The notes under the pieces are model-generated. The model had not been told where the DNA came from. It did no database searches and saw only the letters and a program-made list of their open reading frames with translations. A stretch of DNA of 64,000 nt. Source: Nitrospirota bacterium. GTDB lineage: Bacteria; Nitrospirota; Thermodesulfovibrionia; Thermodesulfovibrionales; SM23-35. How positions within the stretch are numbered: the first letter of the stretch is position 1; each line of letters opens with the position of its first letter. Positions 28,009 through 36,923 of the stretch are shown piece after piece. Location: positions 418 to 64,417 of the forward strand of contig JBFMDO010000077.1 of NCBI GenBank assembly GCA_040753615.1, read 5' to 3'. The position numbers were made by a program, and so were the translations under genes.

Positions 28009-28950
28009 TTATGTTTGTTTTCGTCTCTGGAATATAAGACCTGCTGAACCAATAGCGCCTGCATCATCTGCAAGTAAAGAAGGAATAATCTTTACTTTGG
28101 TGAATAGTTCTTTAAACGCCCTCCTCGAAGCCTCTCTTATCGCTTCCTGGACATATATATCCCATGCTCCTATAAGCCCACCAGCGAGGATGACCGCATC
28201 AGGTCCCATCAGATTAATAATATTTGCCACCCCTATGCCGAGGTATCTTCCTGCGTCTTTTAATACTTCTCTTGAGAGTCCGTCGCCGTCGAGGGCTGCT
28301 TTATAGAGGTCTTCTGCTGCAAGTTTATAAAAATTCCCTCCGCAGTAGTCTTTTAGTGAGCTTTCTCTGCCTTTTTCAAGAAGAGATACTGCCTTTGATA
28401 ATATTGCCCTTGCTGATGCATAGGATTCGAGACAGCCTAAATTGCCACAGAGGCATTTTTCGCCATCTACATTTATGCTCATATGTCCGACTTCTGCCGG
28501 AACCTTAAGTAGTCTTTTGTTATAAATTATTCCGCAACCGATACCTGTTCCTAAAGTAAAAAGAACAAAATCTGAAAGATTTTTTCCTGCACCAACCCAT
28601 TTTTCTCCAAATGCAGCAACATTTGCATCGTTTTCGATAGTCACTGCAACATCAAAATTTTTCTTTATCTCAGTTACAAGATCAATCTTCTCTAAATCGT
28701 GGATATTCGGCGAAACTAGTACCCTATCATTTTTTCTATCAATGAGCCCTGCTACACCGATACCTATTCCTGCAATATCATTTTTAATATCAGCAGAAAG
28801 AAGTTTATTTATCGCTTCAGAAATAGATTCTATTATTCCTTCGGATGTTGGTTTTTTTATCTTTTCTATAACTATGCCCTCATTTGACACAAGAGCAATC
28901 CTTAGGTTTGTCCCACCTATATCAATACCTATTGCATATCTTTTTTGCAT
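28009..28950 (-). CDS. ROK family sugar kinase (glucokinase-like)
   Basis: GIDIGGTN, ENDAN, LGTGIG, EVGH, CLCGNLGCLE. Confidence 0.92.
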   Translation of the reverse strand: MQKRYAIGIDIGGTNLRIALVSNEGIVIEKIKKPTSEGIIESISEAINKLLSADIKNDIAGIGIGVAGLIDRKNDRVLVSPNIHDLEKIDLVTEIKKNFDVAVTIENDANVAAFGEKWVGAGKNLSDFVLFTLGTGIGCGIIYNKRLLKVPAEVGHMSINVDGEKCLCGNLGCLESYASARAILSKAVSLLEKGRESSLKDYCGGNFYKLAAEDLYKAALDGDGLSREVLKDAGRYLGIGVANIINLMGPDAVILAGGLIGAWDIYVQEAIREASRRAFKELFTKVKIIPSLLADDAGAIGSAGLIFQRRKQT

Positions 28951-29168
28951 TTTTCTCCTTTTTCCCTGTAGACCTCTATTGCTATCTCAGGACACATCTG
29001 GGCACACATACTACATCCTGTGCATTTGTCCGGAAATTTAACATGCGCAGGGAAAAACCCTTTTTTGTTAAATCTGTTTTCAATAATTATAACACCGAGA
29101 GGGCATGCCTCTACACAGTATGCACAACCTTTGCATAACTCCTTATCTATTATTATCATTCCTTTCAT
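28929..29168 (-). CDS. 2[4Fe-4S] ferredoxin (2-oxoacid oxidoreductase delta-like)
   Basis: CKGCAYCVEACP and CTGCSMCAQMCP. Confidence 0.9.
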   Translation of the reverse strand: MKGMIIIDKELCKGCAYCVEACPLGVIIIENRFNKKGFFPAHVKFPDKCTGCSMCAQMCPEIAIEVYREKGEKCKKDMQ

Positions 29169-29242
29169 ACAGTACCATTAACCCCCAAAATGCAATTCAT
29201 TATATTCGCGGGCAGGCATATGTGCCTGACTTAATTATTATT

Positions 29243-30889
29243 CTATTGCATTTTTGGATTAAGTAATTCCTTTGCATGTTTAAGAGAAACATCTGTTATC
29301 TTACCGCTCAGCATGCGTGCTATTTCATCTACCCTGTCTTTACCCTTAAGCTCGTTTACTTCTACGTACACTCTTTCATCCTTCTGTCCCTTCTCTATCT
29401 TGAAATGGGAATCCCCTTCTACTGCTACCTGGGGAAGATGGGTTGTGCATAGGACCTGATGTTTAGCGGATATCTTTTTTAATTTTTCCCCCACGCTTAC
29501 TGCAGTTTTTCCACCAATACCTGCGTCAACCTCATCAAATATAAGGACAGGTATGCTGTCAAAATCTGCGAATATGCTTTTTAAGGCGAGCATAACCCTT
29601 GAAAGTTCACCTCCTGATGCAATCTTTGCAAGAGGTTTTGGAGACTCTCCCGGGTTTGCAGAAAACAAGAATTCTATTTTATCAAGACCATGTGGAGAGA
29701 TGGCTTCCTGTTTTATATCAATTATGAATTCTGCATTATTAAATGCAAGTTCACCAAGTTCTCTTTGAATGAGTTCTTCCATCTTTTTAGCCATCTTTTT
29801 TCTTTTTTCTGATAGAGAAAGTGCTGCGATAAGAAGCATTTCCTCTTTCGCTTTGAGTTCAGTCTCTATCGAGGCAAGTCTTTCATCTGTAAGTTCTATA
29901 CTTTTTAGTTCTTTTTCTGCTTCGTCTCTATATTTGATAATTGCCTCGATTCCTTCGCCATATTTTTTTTCGAGTTTTTTGATTAACTCCAGCCTATCTT
30001 CTATTTCAGCAAGCCTTTCAGGTTGAAAATCATATTTATCTTTATACCCTCTAAGGGATAGAGATGCATCTTCAATTAATGGGATGGTTGATTCAAGTAT
30101 GCCCTGGATATTAGATATGCTACTATCTATAGATGCCATTTCTTTTACTCTCGATAAAATAGACGAAAGTTTTTCTATACAAGAATCATCAGAACCATAT
30201 AGCATTGAATAAGTTGTTTCTGTTAACTCGTTAAGTCTTCCAATATTTGATAAAATTGTCTTTTCCTCGATAAGAACTTCTTTTTCTCCAATCTTTAAGG
30301 AAGCTGTTTCTATCTCATTAATCTGGAACCTAAGCAGATCGAGCCTGTGTTCTCTTTCTTTTGCTTTCTGTTTTAACTCTGTTTCTTCTTGTTTGAGTGC
30401 TTGAACTTCTTCATAAAGTGATTTCACTTTTTCTATATCCTTATCGAATTTGCCATATGAATCAAGAAAAAGCCTGTGCTTATCTGCAGACAGAAGGCTC
30501 TGGTGCTCATGCTGCCCATGGATATCAACAAGGGGTCTACCAATCTCTGCGAGAGTCTGCAGACTTACCATTATATCATTCATATAAGCCCTGCTTTTAC
30601 CTGTAGCAGAGATATTCCTTCTGAGAATAATACCGTCGGATATATCAATCCCAACATCCGGAAGTTCGTTAATCTTAATTCCTTCAAAATATGCCTCAAC
30701 AACTGCTTCTTTTTCACCGGCTCGGACTAAATCTGATTGCGCCCTGCTGCCGAGGGCAATGCCGAGAGAATCTACTATTATAGATTTGCCAGCCCCTGTC
30801 TCCCCTGTTAGCACATTGAGCCCGTTTTGAAACTCAATCCTAAGATCATCAATAATAGCAAAATTTTTGATTCTAAGTTCCTTTAGCAT
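29243..30889 (-). CDS. recN: DNA repair protein RecN
   Basis: TGETGAGKS, IHGQH, ASGGELSR, FDEVDAG. Confidence 0.97.
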   Translation of the reverse strand: MLKELRIKNFAIIDDLRIEFQNGLNVLTGETGAGKSIIVDSLGIALGSRAQSDLVRAGEKEAVVEAYFEGIKINELPDVGIDISDGIILRRNISATGKSRAYMNDIMVSLQTLAEIGRPLVDIHGQHEHQSLLSADKHRLFLDSYGKFDKDIEKVKSLYEEVQALKQEETELKQKAKEREHRLDLLRFQINEIETASLKIGEKEVLIEEKTILSNIGRLNELTETTYSMLYGSDDSCIEKLSSILSRVKEMASIDSSISNIQGILESTIPLIEDASLSLRGYKDKYDFQPERLAEIEDRLELIKKLEKKYGEGIEAIIKYRDEAEKELKSIELTDERLASIETELKAKEEMLLIAALSLSEKRKKMAKKMEELIQRELGELAFNNAEFIIDIKQEAISPHGLDKIEFLFSANPGESPKPLAKIASGGELSRVMLALKSIFADFDSIPVLIFDEVDAGIGGKTAVSVGEKLKKISAKHQVLCTTHLPQVAVEGDSHFKIEKGQKDERVYVEVNELKGKDRVDEIARMLSGKITDVSLKHAKELLNPKMQ

Positions 30890-30904
30890 TTAAACGGATA
30901 GCAA

Positions 30905-31183
30905 TTAATATCGTATTTCAAAGCCCTTAAGATCGCCAGCGAATTGTTCCCATTTGACTTCTATATTTCTAACCAATGCACCTGGTGGTCCCTTATAACA
31001 TTCTTTAATAGCCTTTTCAATAACTCCCTTTTCACCTTCAAATAATGCCTCAACCCTGCCGTCTCTTAGATTTCTTACCCAACCATTAAGACTGAGTCCA
31101 TGCGCAATGTCCCTTGTAAATGCCCTATAAAAAACCCCTTGAACTCTGCCTTCAATAAATAAATGTGCTTTTGCCTTATCCAT
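30905..31183 (-). CDS. acyP: Acylphosphatase
   Basis: GRVQGVFYR, GWVRN, GPPGA. Confidence 0.95.
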   Translation of the reverse strand: MDKAKAHLFIEGRVQGVFYRAFTRDIAHGLSLNGWVRNLRDGRVEALFEGEKGVIEKAIKECYKGPPGALVRNIEVKWEQFAGDLKGFEIRY

Positions 31184-31258
31184 AACTAAAAATTATAGCA
31201 TAAAATTTACCTTTGTTTTATTATTAGGAGAGTTTATATAGAAAGGAGGTGATTTATA

Positions 31259-31660
31259 ATGAAGAAGGCGATAACAATTATTGTAGCGGTACTCTTTGTA
31301 TTTGCATTTACCTCGATATCCTTTGCAGTAGAAGAGAATAAGGTGCCCCCCGTACCTGCAGAAAAGAAAGAGGCACCGCTAAAAGTAAAGCAGATTACAG
31401 GCGAGGTTAAGGCAGTAGATACAAGAGCTATGACTATCACAGTAGCAAAGAAGATTAAAGATAGGGTTATGGATGCCGTTGTTACAATCAATAATAAGAC
31501 CAAGATTACCTGCAACAAGGATAACAAAACCTTTGCCGATGTAAAGGTCGGCAATAAGGTGACTGTTAAGTATATAGAAAAAGATGGTAAAAATATAGCA
31601 AAGGGTGTTGCCATCAAGATAGCAGCGACTGCAGAGAAAAAGGCAGAACCAGCAAAATAG
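31259..31660 (+). CDS. Exported basic beta-rich (OB-fold-like) hypothetical protein
   Basis: AAAGGAGGTG RBS, signal peptide, ITGEVKAVD...VKVGNKVTVKY. Confidence 0.75.
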   Translation: MKKAITIIVAVLFVFAFTSISFAVEENKVPPVPAEKKEAPLKVKQITGEVKAVDTRAMTITVAKKIKDRVMDAVVTINNKTKITCNKDNKTFADVKVGNKVTVKYIEKDGKNIAKGVAIKIAATAEKKAEPAK

Positions 31661-31666
31661 TCTTTT

Positions 31667-31704
31667 ACAAGAAAAGGGCGATGAATTCATCGCCCTTTTC
31701 TTGT
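31667..31704. terminator. Bidirectional terminator, perfect 38-bp palindrome
   Basis: ACAAGAAAAGGGCGATGAATTCATCGCCCTTTTCTTGT between convergent stop codons. Confidence 0.85.
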
Positions 31705-31720
31705 CTTATGCCCATCCTTT

Positions 31721-32191
31721 TCACCCATCCTCTACTGGTTTATCAATCTCCATAAGGTCTTTAATCCCTTCTTTGAGACCCTTTCTGTATTTTAAAATTT
31801 TCAAGACTGCCTTTTTCGCCTCGGGCAGGTCGTATTTCAGGATATCTATTATTTCAGCAAGTTCAGGGTCTTCTATATAATCAGCAGAGCTTTCAGCAAC
31901 TACTGAGGGAATTTCTTCCTTTTTGTAAGATGCTGGTTCTCCTGAAAATACTAATATTTTTTTTCCATCCTTTTCTATGTATTTAGTTGTTAACTCCCCT
32001 GAGATTAGCCATGACATATCATATTGATGCTCTTCGCAAAATCGAAATAAAACATCATGGGGTATTGTCTTGCGAATACGCCATGTTGCTAATGTATTTG
32101 GCTTGACATTAAGCATTTTAGCCAAATCCGTATCCTTTTTAATTCCTTTTAACTGCTTAATCTTATCGAGGATTTCATCTATCGTTCTCAT
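31721..32191 (-). CDS. Phage CI-like HTH repressor without a C-terminal S24 peptidase
   Basis: IDEILDKIKQLKGIKKDTDLAKMLNVKPNTLATWRIRKTIP...MSWLISGE, typical of the Phage_CI_repr HTH. Confidence 0.85.
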   Translation of the reverse strand: MRTIDEILDKIKQLKGIKKDTDLAKMLNVKPNTLATWRIRKTIPHDVLFRFCEEHQYDMSWLISGELTTKYIEKDGKKILVFSGEPASYKKEEIPSVVAESSADYIEDPELAEIIDILKYDLPEAKKAVLKILKYRKGLKEGIKDLMEIDKPVEDG

Positions 32192-32205
32192 ATTTCATAT
32201 TTTTC

Positions 32206-32234
32206 TTGACATATTATTCGCATTTATATATAAT
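32206..32234 (+). promoter_or_regulatory. Consensus sigma70 promoter divergent from the CI-like gene
   Basis: TTGACA (32206-32211), 17 bp, TATAAT (32229-32234). Confidence 0.85.
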
Positions 32235-32245
32235 CATCCGTAAAT

Positions 32246-32380
32246 ATGTTGATTTTTGAGATATTAACACATCTTAAATTTCTCAACGTATATGAACCCG
32301 CTATTCAACAGCACCGTGATTTTAAAAAATTTTGGATTAAATCTCAATGGGAAAATATAGTCTTTTTGAAGGAGATCTAA
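32246..32380 (+). CDS. Possible 44-aa ORF, first gene after the promoter
   Basis: MLIFEILTHLKFLNVYEPAIQQHRDFKKFWIKSQWENIVFLKEI; ATG about 5 nt after the expected start site; stop abuts the next ATG. Confidence 0.3.
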   Translation: MLIFEILTHLKFLNVYEPAIQQHRDFKKFWIKSQWENIVFLKEI

Positions 32381-32509
32381 ATGGAAATTAAATGTCCCTT
32401 TTGTGGCTCCAGCGAGGTGTATGCAGTTGACCAGTTTCTCAACGTGGTTAAGTTCAGATGTTTTCATTGTAATGAAATCTTTTTTATATCGGTTCAAAAA
32501 TCAGAATGA
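32381..32509 (+). CDS. 42-aa zinc-ribbon microprotein (not in the ORF track)
   Basis: AAGGAG RBS; MEIKCPFCGSSEVYAVDQFLNVVKFRCFHCNEIFFISVQKSE with two CxxC. Confidence 0.75.
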   Translation: MEIKCPFCGSSEVYAVDQFLNVVKFRCFHCNEIFFISVQKSE

Positions 32510-32525
32510 CGTTTTTCGTTTGTTT

Positions 32526-33581
32526 CTATCTCTTTATCTCTTTTTTAACCTTCTGGATGGTATCCTGTACTCTGCATTGATAAAAATCATGAAGTCTTTC
32601 TAATATTTCAGGATGTATTTCGAATATATTTTTGAGAATAGACTTATCAAATTCCAATACTTCGAGAGCATCAATAGCTATTACAGAGGCTGTTCTTGGC
32701 CTTCCGGTAATAAACGCAACTTCACCAAATAAATCGCCAGCAGAGAGGTTTGCGAGTTCTATTTCTTTGCCGAGAATATGTGCAACAACCTTTGCATGTC
32801 CTGATTTTATGAAAAAGATTGAATCACCTGTATCCCCTTCTTTCAAAACTGTCTTGCCAGAAGAGTATATTTTGGGATTTATTGTTTTAATCAAAAATTT
32901 TATTTCCTCTTCGGGTAGAGATGAAAATATTGTTGGAGCGAATAAAGTGGATTCTTTAGGAGGAGATGTCAGAGAAGATTCTTCAGGGGAATAAGAGGTT
33001 CTCTCGATAAAACCTTCTACTCCCTCTGAGGGCTGAACTTCACTCTTTTCGGTTTCCTCAATGTCCATCCACATACTCTGTTCTGGTTCTTTTGCTGCTT
33101 CAATGGGAGTCCTGCTTTCTATCTTTATTTCTTGCACTGTCTCTTTTGTGCCGATAGAATGTCTGATTTCCTCAAGGGAAGGTATTTTTTTGGAAGTCTC
33201 GATTTCCATTATCAATCTCTTAGATTGCTTTATTGCCTCTGAATTATCAGGGTCAAGCCGCAGTATTACCTTATAAAGCGCAAGTGCCTTCTGAATAAAA
33301 CCCTGTTTTTCATGAATCCACGCAGACTTATGATATGCCTTTATTGCCTTGAATGTTTCACCCATCCTCTGATATACATCACCCAGTTTTAATTGAACCT
33401 GCGGGTTGTCCTGTTCAATATTATTAAGATGTTCTAAAGATGCCTTAGCCTGTTCCCAATCTTCCTTCTTTATAGCATTAAAGTATACATCCCAGCACTT
33501 TTTGCTTGTATCATGCCTCATTGAAGCTGATTCCTTTATTAATTTATATAAAAAATGTTTTTCCCTTGGTTCTTTGCTCAC
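32526..33581 (-). CDS. TPR + cyclic-nucleotide-binding domain protein
   Basis: N-terminal TPR (LKLGDVYQRMGE...); C-terminal cNMP domain EGDTGDSIFFIKSG, FGEVAFITGRPRTASV. Confidence 0.88.
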   Translation of the reverse strand: MSKEPREKHFLYKLIKESASMRHDTSKKCWDVYFNAIKKEDWEQAKASLEHLNNIEQDNPQVQLKLGDVYQRMGETFKAIKAYHKSAWIHEKQGFIQKALALYKVILRLDPDNSEAIKQSKRLIMEIETSKKIPSLEEIRHSIGTKETVQEIKIESRTPIEAAKEPEQSMWMDIEETEKSEVQPSEGVEGFIERTSYSPEESSLTSPPKESTLFAPTIFSSLPEEEIKFLIKTINPKIYSSGKTVLKEGDTGDSIFFIKSGHAKVVAHILGKEIELANLSAGDLFGEVAFITGRPRTASVIAIDALEVLEFDKSILKNIFEIHPEILERLHDFYQCRVQDTIQKVKKEIKR

Positions 33582-33695
33582 TGAGTGTTAAATAGCGAAA
33601 ATACTCTATCCCCTGTTTGATCATGAAAAATTATGAATTAAATGAGTTAGCAATAGTATATAATATAAAATTCAAAAAATATAGGGAGGTTAGGC

Positions 33696-34868
33696 TTGGG
33701 AAAGGAAATTTCAATTAATCTTGCTTCTCGCGTGAAGGATCTTCCACCGTATCTTTTTGCATCTATCGACAAAATGAAACAAAAGGCAATAGAACATGGT
33801 GCAGACCTTATTGATCTTAGTATCGGAGATCCTGATATTCCTACACCATCTGTTATTGTTGAGGCTATGAAAAAGTCTGTTGAAAAGCCTGCTAACCATC
33901 GTTATCCATCATACGAAGGCATGCTTTCTTTCAGAGAGTCTGTAGCAAAGTGGTACAAGAAAAGGTTTGGCGTTAAACTCGATCCCAATACAGAAGTCCT
34001 TTCTTTAATTGGATCAAAGGAAGGGATAGGACATATCCCTTTAGCCTTTGTAAATCCAGGAGATATGGTGCTTGTGCCATCCCCGGGTTATCCGGTCTAT
34101 TCAATCGGAACTCTATTTGCAGGCGGAGAAAGTTATTTTATGCCCCTTAGAGAAGAAAATAATTTCCTGCCTGATTTTAATGCAATCCCCAAAAAGGTTT
34201 TAAGAAAGACAAAGCTTCTCTTCCTTAATTATCCGAATAACCCTACTTCAGCAGTTGCTCCAATGAAGTTTTTCAAAGAAGCAATCAGAATTGCAAAGGA
34301 TTACAATATAATCGTTTGCCATGATGCTTCATATACAGAAATATACTATGATAGAGAGCCTTTAAGTTTTATGCAGATACCCGGTGCAAAGGATGTAGGG
34401 ATAGAGTTTCATTCCCTCTCAAAAACATACAATATGACAGGATGGCGAATCGGCTTTGCTGTGGGTAATAAAGATGTGCTGGCAGGGCTTGGCAAGGTAA
34501 AGACAAATCTTGATTCAGGTGTCTTTCAGGCAATACAGGAAGCAGCTATTGTTGCCCTTGATATGGATAACAATGCTCTTTTATCAATAAGGAATATATA
34601 TCGAGAGAGAAGAGACACACTTTATAATGGCTTAAAAAATCTCGGTATGCATCCCGTGAAACCGGAAGCCACTTTTTATATATGGGTTAAAGTCCCTCCC
34701 AAATTCAACTCAACAAGTTTTGTAACACATATGGTTAACAGGGCATCTGTCCTTGCAACACAAGGCAATGGTTTTGGAGATGCAGGAGAAGGATATGTAA
34801 GGTTTGCATTAACAGCTCCAAGTCATAGGATCCAGGAGGCGGTTGAAAGGATAGGGAAGACAATCTGA
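33696..34868 (+). CDS. dapL: LL-diaminopimelate aminotransferase
   Basis: LPPYLFA, IGDPD, GSKEGIGH, NYPNNPT, SLSKTYNMTGWRIG. Confidence 0.9.
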   Translation: MGKEISINLASRVKDLPPYLFASIDKMKQKAIEHGADLIDLSIGDPDIPTPSVIVEAMKKSVEKPANHRYPSYEGMLSFRESVAKWYKKRFGVKLDPNTEVLSLIGSKEGIGHIPLAFVNPGDMVLVPSPGYPVYSIGTLFAGGESYFMPLREENNFLPDFNAIPKKVLRKTKLLFLNYPNNPTSAVAPMKFFKEAIRIAKDYNIIVCHDASYTEIYYDREPLSFMQIPGAKDVGIEFHSLSKTYNMTGWRIGFAVGNKDVLAGLGKVKTNLDSGVFQAIQEAAIVALDMDNNALLSIRNIYRERRDTLYNGLKNLGMHPVKPEATFYIWVKVPPKFNSTSFVTHMVNRASVLATQGNGFGDAGEGYVRFALTAPSHRIQEAVERIGKTI

Positions 34869-34870
34869 TA

Positions 34871-35341
34871 ATGTCTGTTGTGTATATTGGAATTGGTTCT
34901 AATCTTGGCGATCGTCATAAAAACTGTGAGCATGCAATAGAACTTCTTGAAAAAAGAGGGATTATCGTAAAAAAAAAGTCTTCCATGCATGAAACCGCTC
35001 CATGGGGTATTAAAGACCAGCCTGTATTTATAAACATGGTTATTGAAATCGAAACAGGTCTTAAGCCAAAGGAGCTTTTAAGACTATTGAAGGATGTAGA
35101 AAAAGAAGCTGGAAGAAAAGAAACTTTCAAATGGGGACCTCGCATTATTGACCTCGATATCCTGCTTTTTGATGATATTGTCCTGAATGAAAATGATCTG
35201 AAGATTCCCCATCCATCAATGCACAAAAGAGATTTTGTTTTGATGCCGCTTTGCGAGATTGCACCAGATATTAAACACCCTGTCTTAAATTTAAGCGTCA
35301 AAGATCTCATGCAAAAGCTTTCCAATGGTCAAAATATATAA
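34871..35341 (+). CDS. folK: HPPK pyrophosphokinase
   Basis: IGSNLGDR, WGPRIIDLDIL, IPHP...R.FVL.PL.EI. Confidence 0.96.
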   Translation: MSVVYIGIGSNLGDRHKNCEHAIELLEKRGIIVKKKSSMHETAPWGIKDQPVFINMVIEIETGLKPKELLRLLKDVEKEAGRKETFKWGPRIIDLDILLFDDIVLNENDLKIPHPSMHKRDFVLMPLCEIAPDIKHPVLNLSVKDLMQKLSNGQNI

Positions 35342-35550
35342 AGGGCTAACCTGCGCGAGTCTGCCTTATGATATTCTGATGAAGTCAATATCGAAGAATT
35401 GAAATGCCTAATCGGAAGTCCTTAAGAGGCAGAGCTTTTTAGAGAGGCTATCCACTAACATTCCATTTTAATTTATCAATTCTTACTGTATGTTTACAAA
35501 AGGGATAAGCAACAGAGAAATAGTATTAATATTTTCGAGTTATTAAAAAG

Positions 35551-35616
35551 GAAGAAGACGTAGAAGCCTATCGGCATGAAAAAGAGACAAGGAAGAATGC
35601 TGTGCCATTGTGGTAA
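35551..35616 (+). pseudogene. Stub of a type III R-M methyltransferase (Mod) N-terminus, copy 1
   Basis: EEDVEAYRHEKETRKNAVPLW*; 46/57 nt identical to 36395-36451. Confidence 0.6.
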
Positions 35617-35710
35617 AATGAGTCTAATTTCTTAATGATAAAATTAAGCAATGATCAGGTGAAAAAATGGAAAAAATTGAGAGAGTTAAAAAAATCTTAG
35701 CTGAGCCTGC

Positions 35711-35935
35711 TTGACTGGGTTGGAGCCGAAAACTATCTTACCGATTCATGCAAGATACGGAAGTTATTCTATAGCGATAAGAATTGAGGACTTTGCAATA
35801 CTGGAAGGATATTTGCCGCCGAAGGCATTAGGACTTGTTATAGAATGGGCAGATATTCATAAGGAGGAACTATCGAAGGATTGGGAACTGGCAAAAAATC
35901 AGAAGCCCTTGTTCCTAATAGAACCCCTAAAATAA
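35711..35935 (+). pseudogene. 5'-truncated DUF4160 (TA toxin-like) gene
   Basis: HARYG...EGYLPPKALGLVIEWADIHKEEL..DWELAK; lacks the usual MPxISRFxGI N-terminus; only a weak TTG start. Confidence 0.75.
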
Positions 35936-35944
35936 GGAGGTGCA

Positions 35945-36229
35945 ATGTATTATGATGTTTCAGAAGCACGGCATATTGAAGGATATAAGCTTGAGCTTGT
36001 CTTTGAAAATGGCAAGAAAGGAATTATTGATTTGAGGGAGTATAGACATAAAGGCGGTGTTTTTAACCGCTTCTCCGACATTGAATATTTTAAACAGTTC
36101 TACGTGAACAAAGAAATCGGAACATTATGCTGGCCCGATGGTCTGGATATCGCACCTGAGACACTTTATCATGAGGCAACAGGCGAGCCTCTGCCCGCAT
36201 GGGTGAGACCGGAAAAAGTAGTGGCTTAA
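35945..36229 (+). CDS. DUF2442 protein (partner of DUF4160)
   Basis: AAGGAGGT RBS; YKLELVFENG, GGVF, GTLCWPDGLDIAPETLY. Confidence 0.88.
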   Translation: MYYDVSEARHIEGYKLELVFENGKKGIIDLREYRHKGGVFNRFSDIEYFKQFYVNKEIGTLCWPDGLDIAPETLYHEATGEPLPAWVRPEKVVA

Positions 36230-36358
36230 TTCCGAGATGCTTGAAAATGGGATTCTCTTGAGATATAAAGGGGATGAACTTGTAGAAATTACAGCATCAA
36301 ATGCTTCGGCAAAAAATAATAAGTTATTATTAATGCAATGTATCATCAGGAATAAAGT

Positions 36359-36586
36359 ATGGCGAAGGGAAGAAAAAGAAAAGCTTCTGCCGATGAAGAT
36401 GTAGAAGCCTACCGGCATGAAAGTGAAGCAAGAAAGAATGTTGTTCCAGTTGGCATTGCCTCTTACGATACCTTAACCTCAAAACCCAAAAAGTATGAAT
36501 ATGACCCGCATCCTTTGATCACAAGGAAGACGGAGCTTATGTGGGAGTGGGAGCAAAATAATAACAACTGCAGGGAAAGATTATGA
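36359..36586 (+). pseudogene. Stub of a type III R-M Mod N-terminus, copy 2
   Basis: VEAYRHESEARKNVVPVGIASYD...KKYEYDPH then unrelated sequence; no methyltransferase motifs. Confidence 0.65.
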
Positions 36587-36587
36587 G

Positions 36588-36923
36588 ATGAATCACGTTT
36601 ATCTTTTGGGCGCAGGTTTTACACGAGCAGTCATGGATTCAAAGGCTCTTCTAACCGATGAAATTATGCCTAAGCTCATCCTTTCGGACTTCCCCGAAAT
36701 AACAGAGGATTATGAGAAAACATTCCCTAATATTGAGCAGTTCATAACAGAGCTTGATCTGAAATGTTTACGGTTTGAAAAAAATAATGAATCGCTCTCA
36801 AAAAGACTTAATGAAATAAGAGATAATATAGTTGAGCAGATTGTCGATTTATTCGACAATAATGCTGTATCCGTCGATAGTCTGGATAAATTCCCAACTC
36901 TCAAGCAATTCATTTTGGAATGA
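36588..36923 (+). pseudogene. Truncated SIR2-like protein N-terminus
   Basis: VYLLGAGFTRA (Sir2 GAGxS-type motif) and NIEQFITEL; only 111 aa. Confidence 0.6.

Noticed and set aside
32264-32497. 77-aa minus-strand ORF from the track (and the 66-aa plus ORF at 32403)
   Set aside because: No RBS or motif. Both overlap the better supported zinc-ribbon ORF, which has an RBS, a promoter and CxxC pairs.
31259-33581. Intact prophage around the CI-like gene
   Set aside because: No integrase, replication, terminase or structural genes; the flanks are chromosomal.
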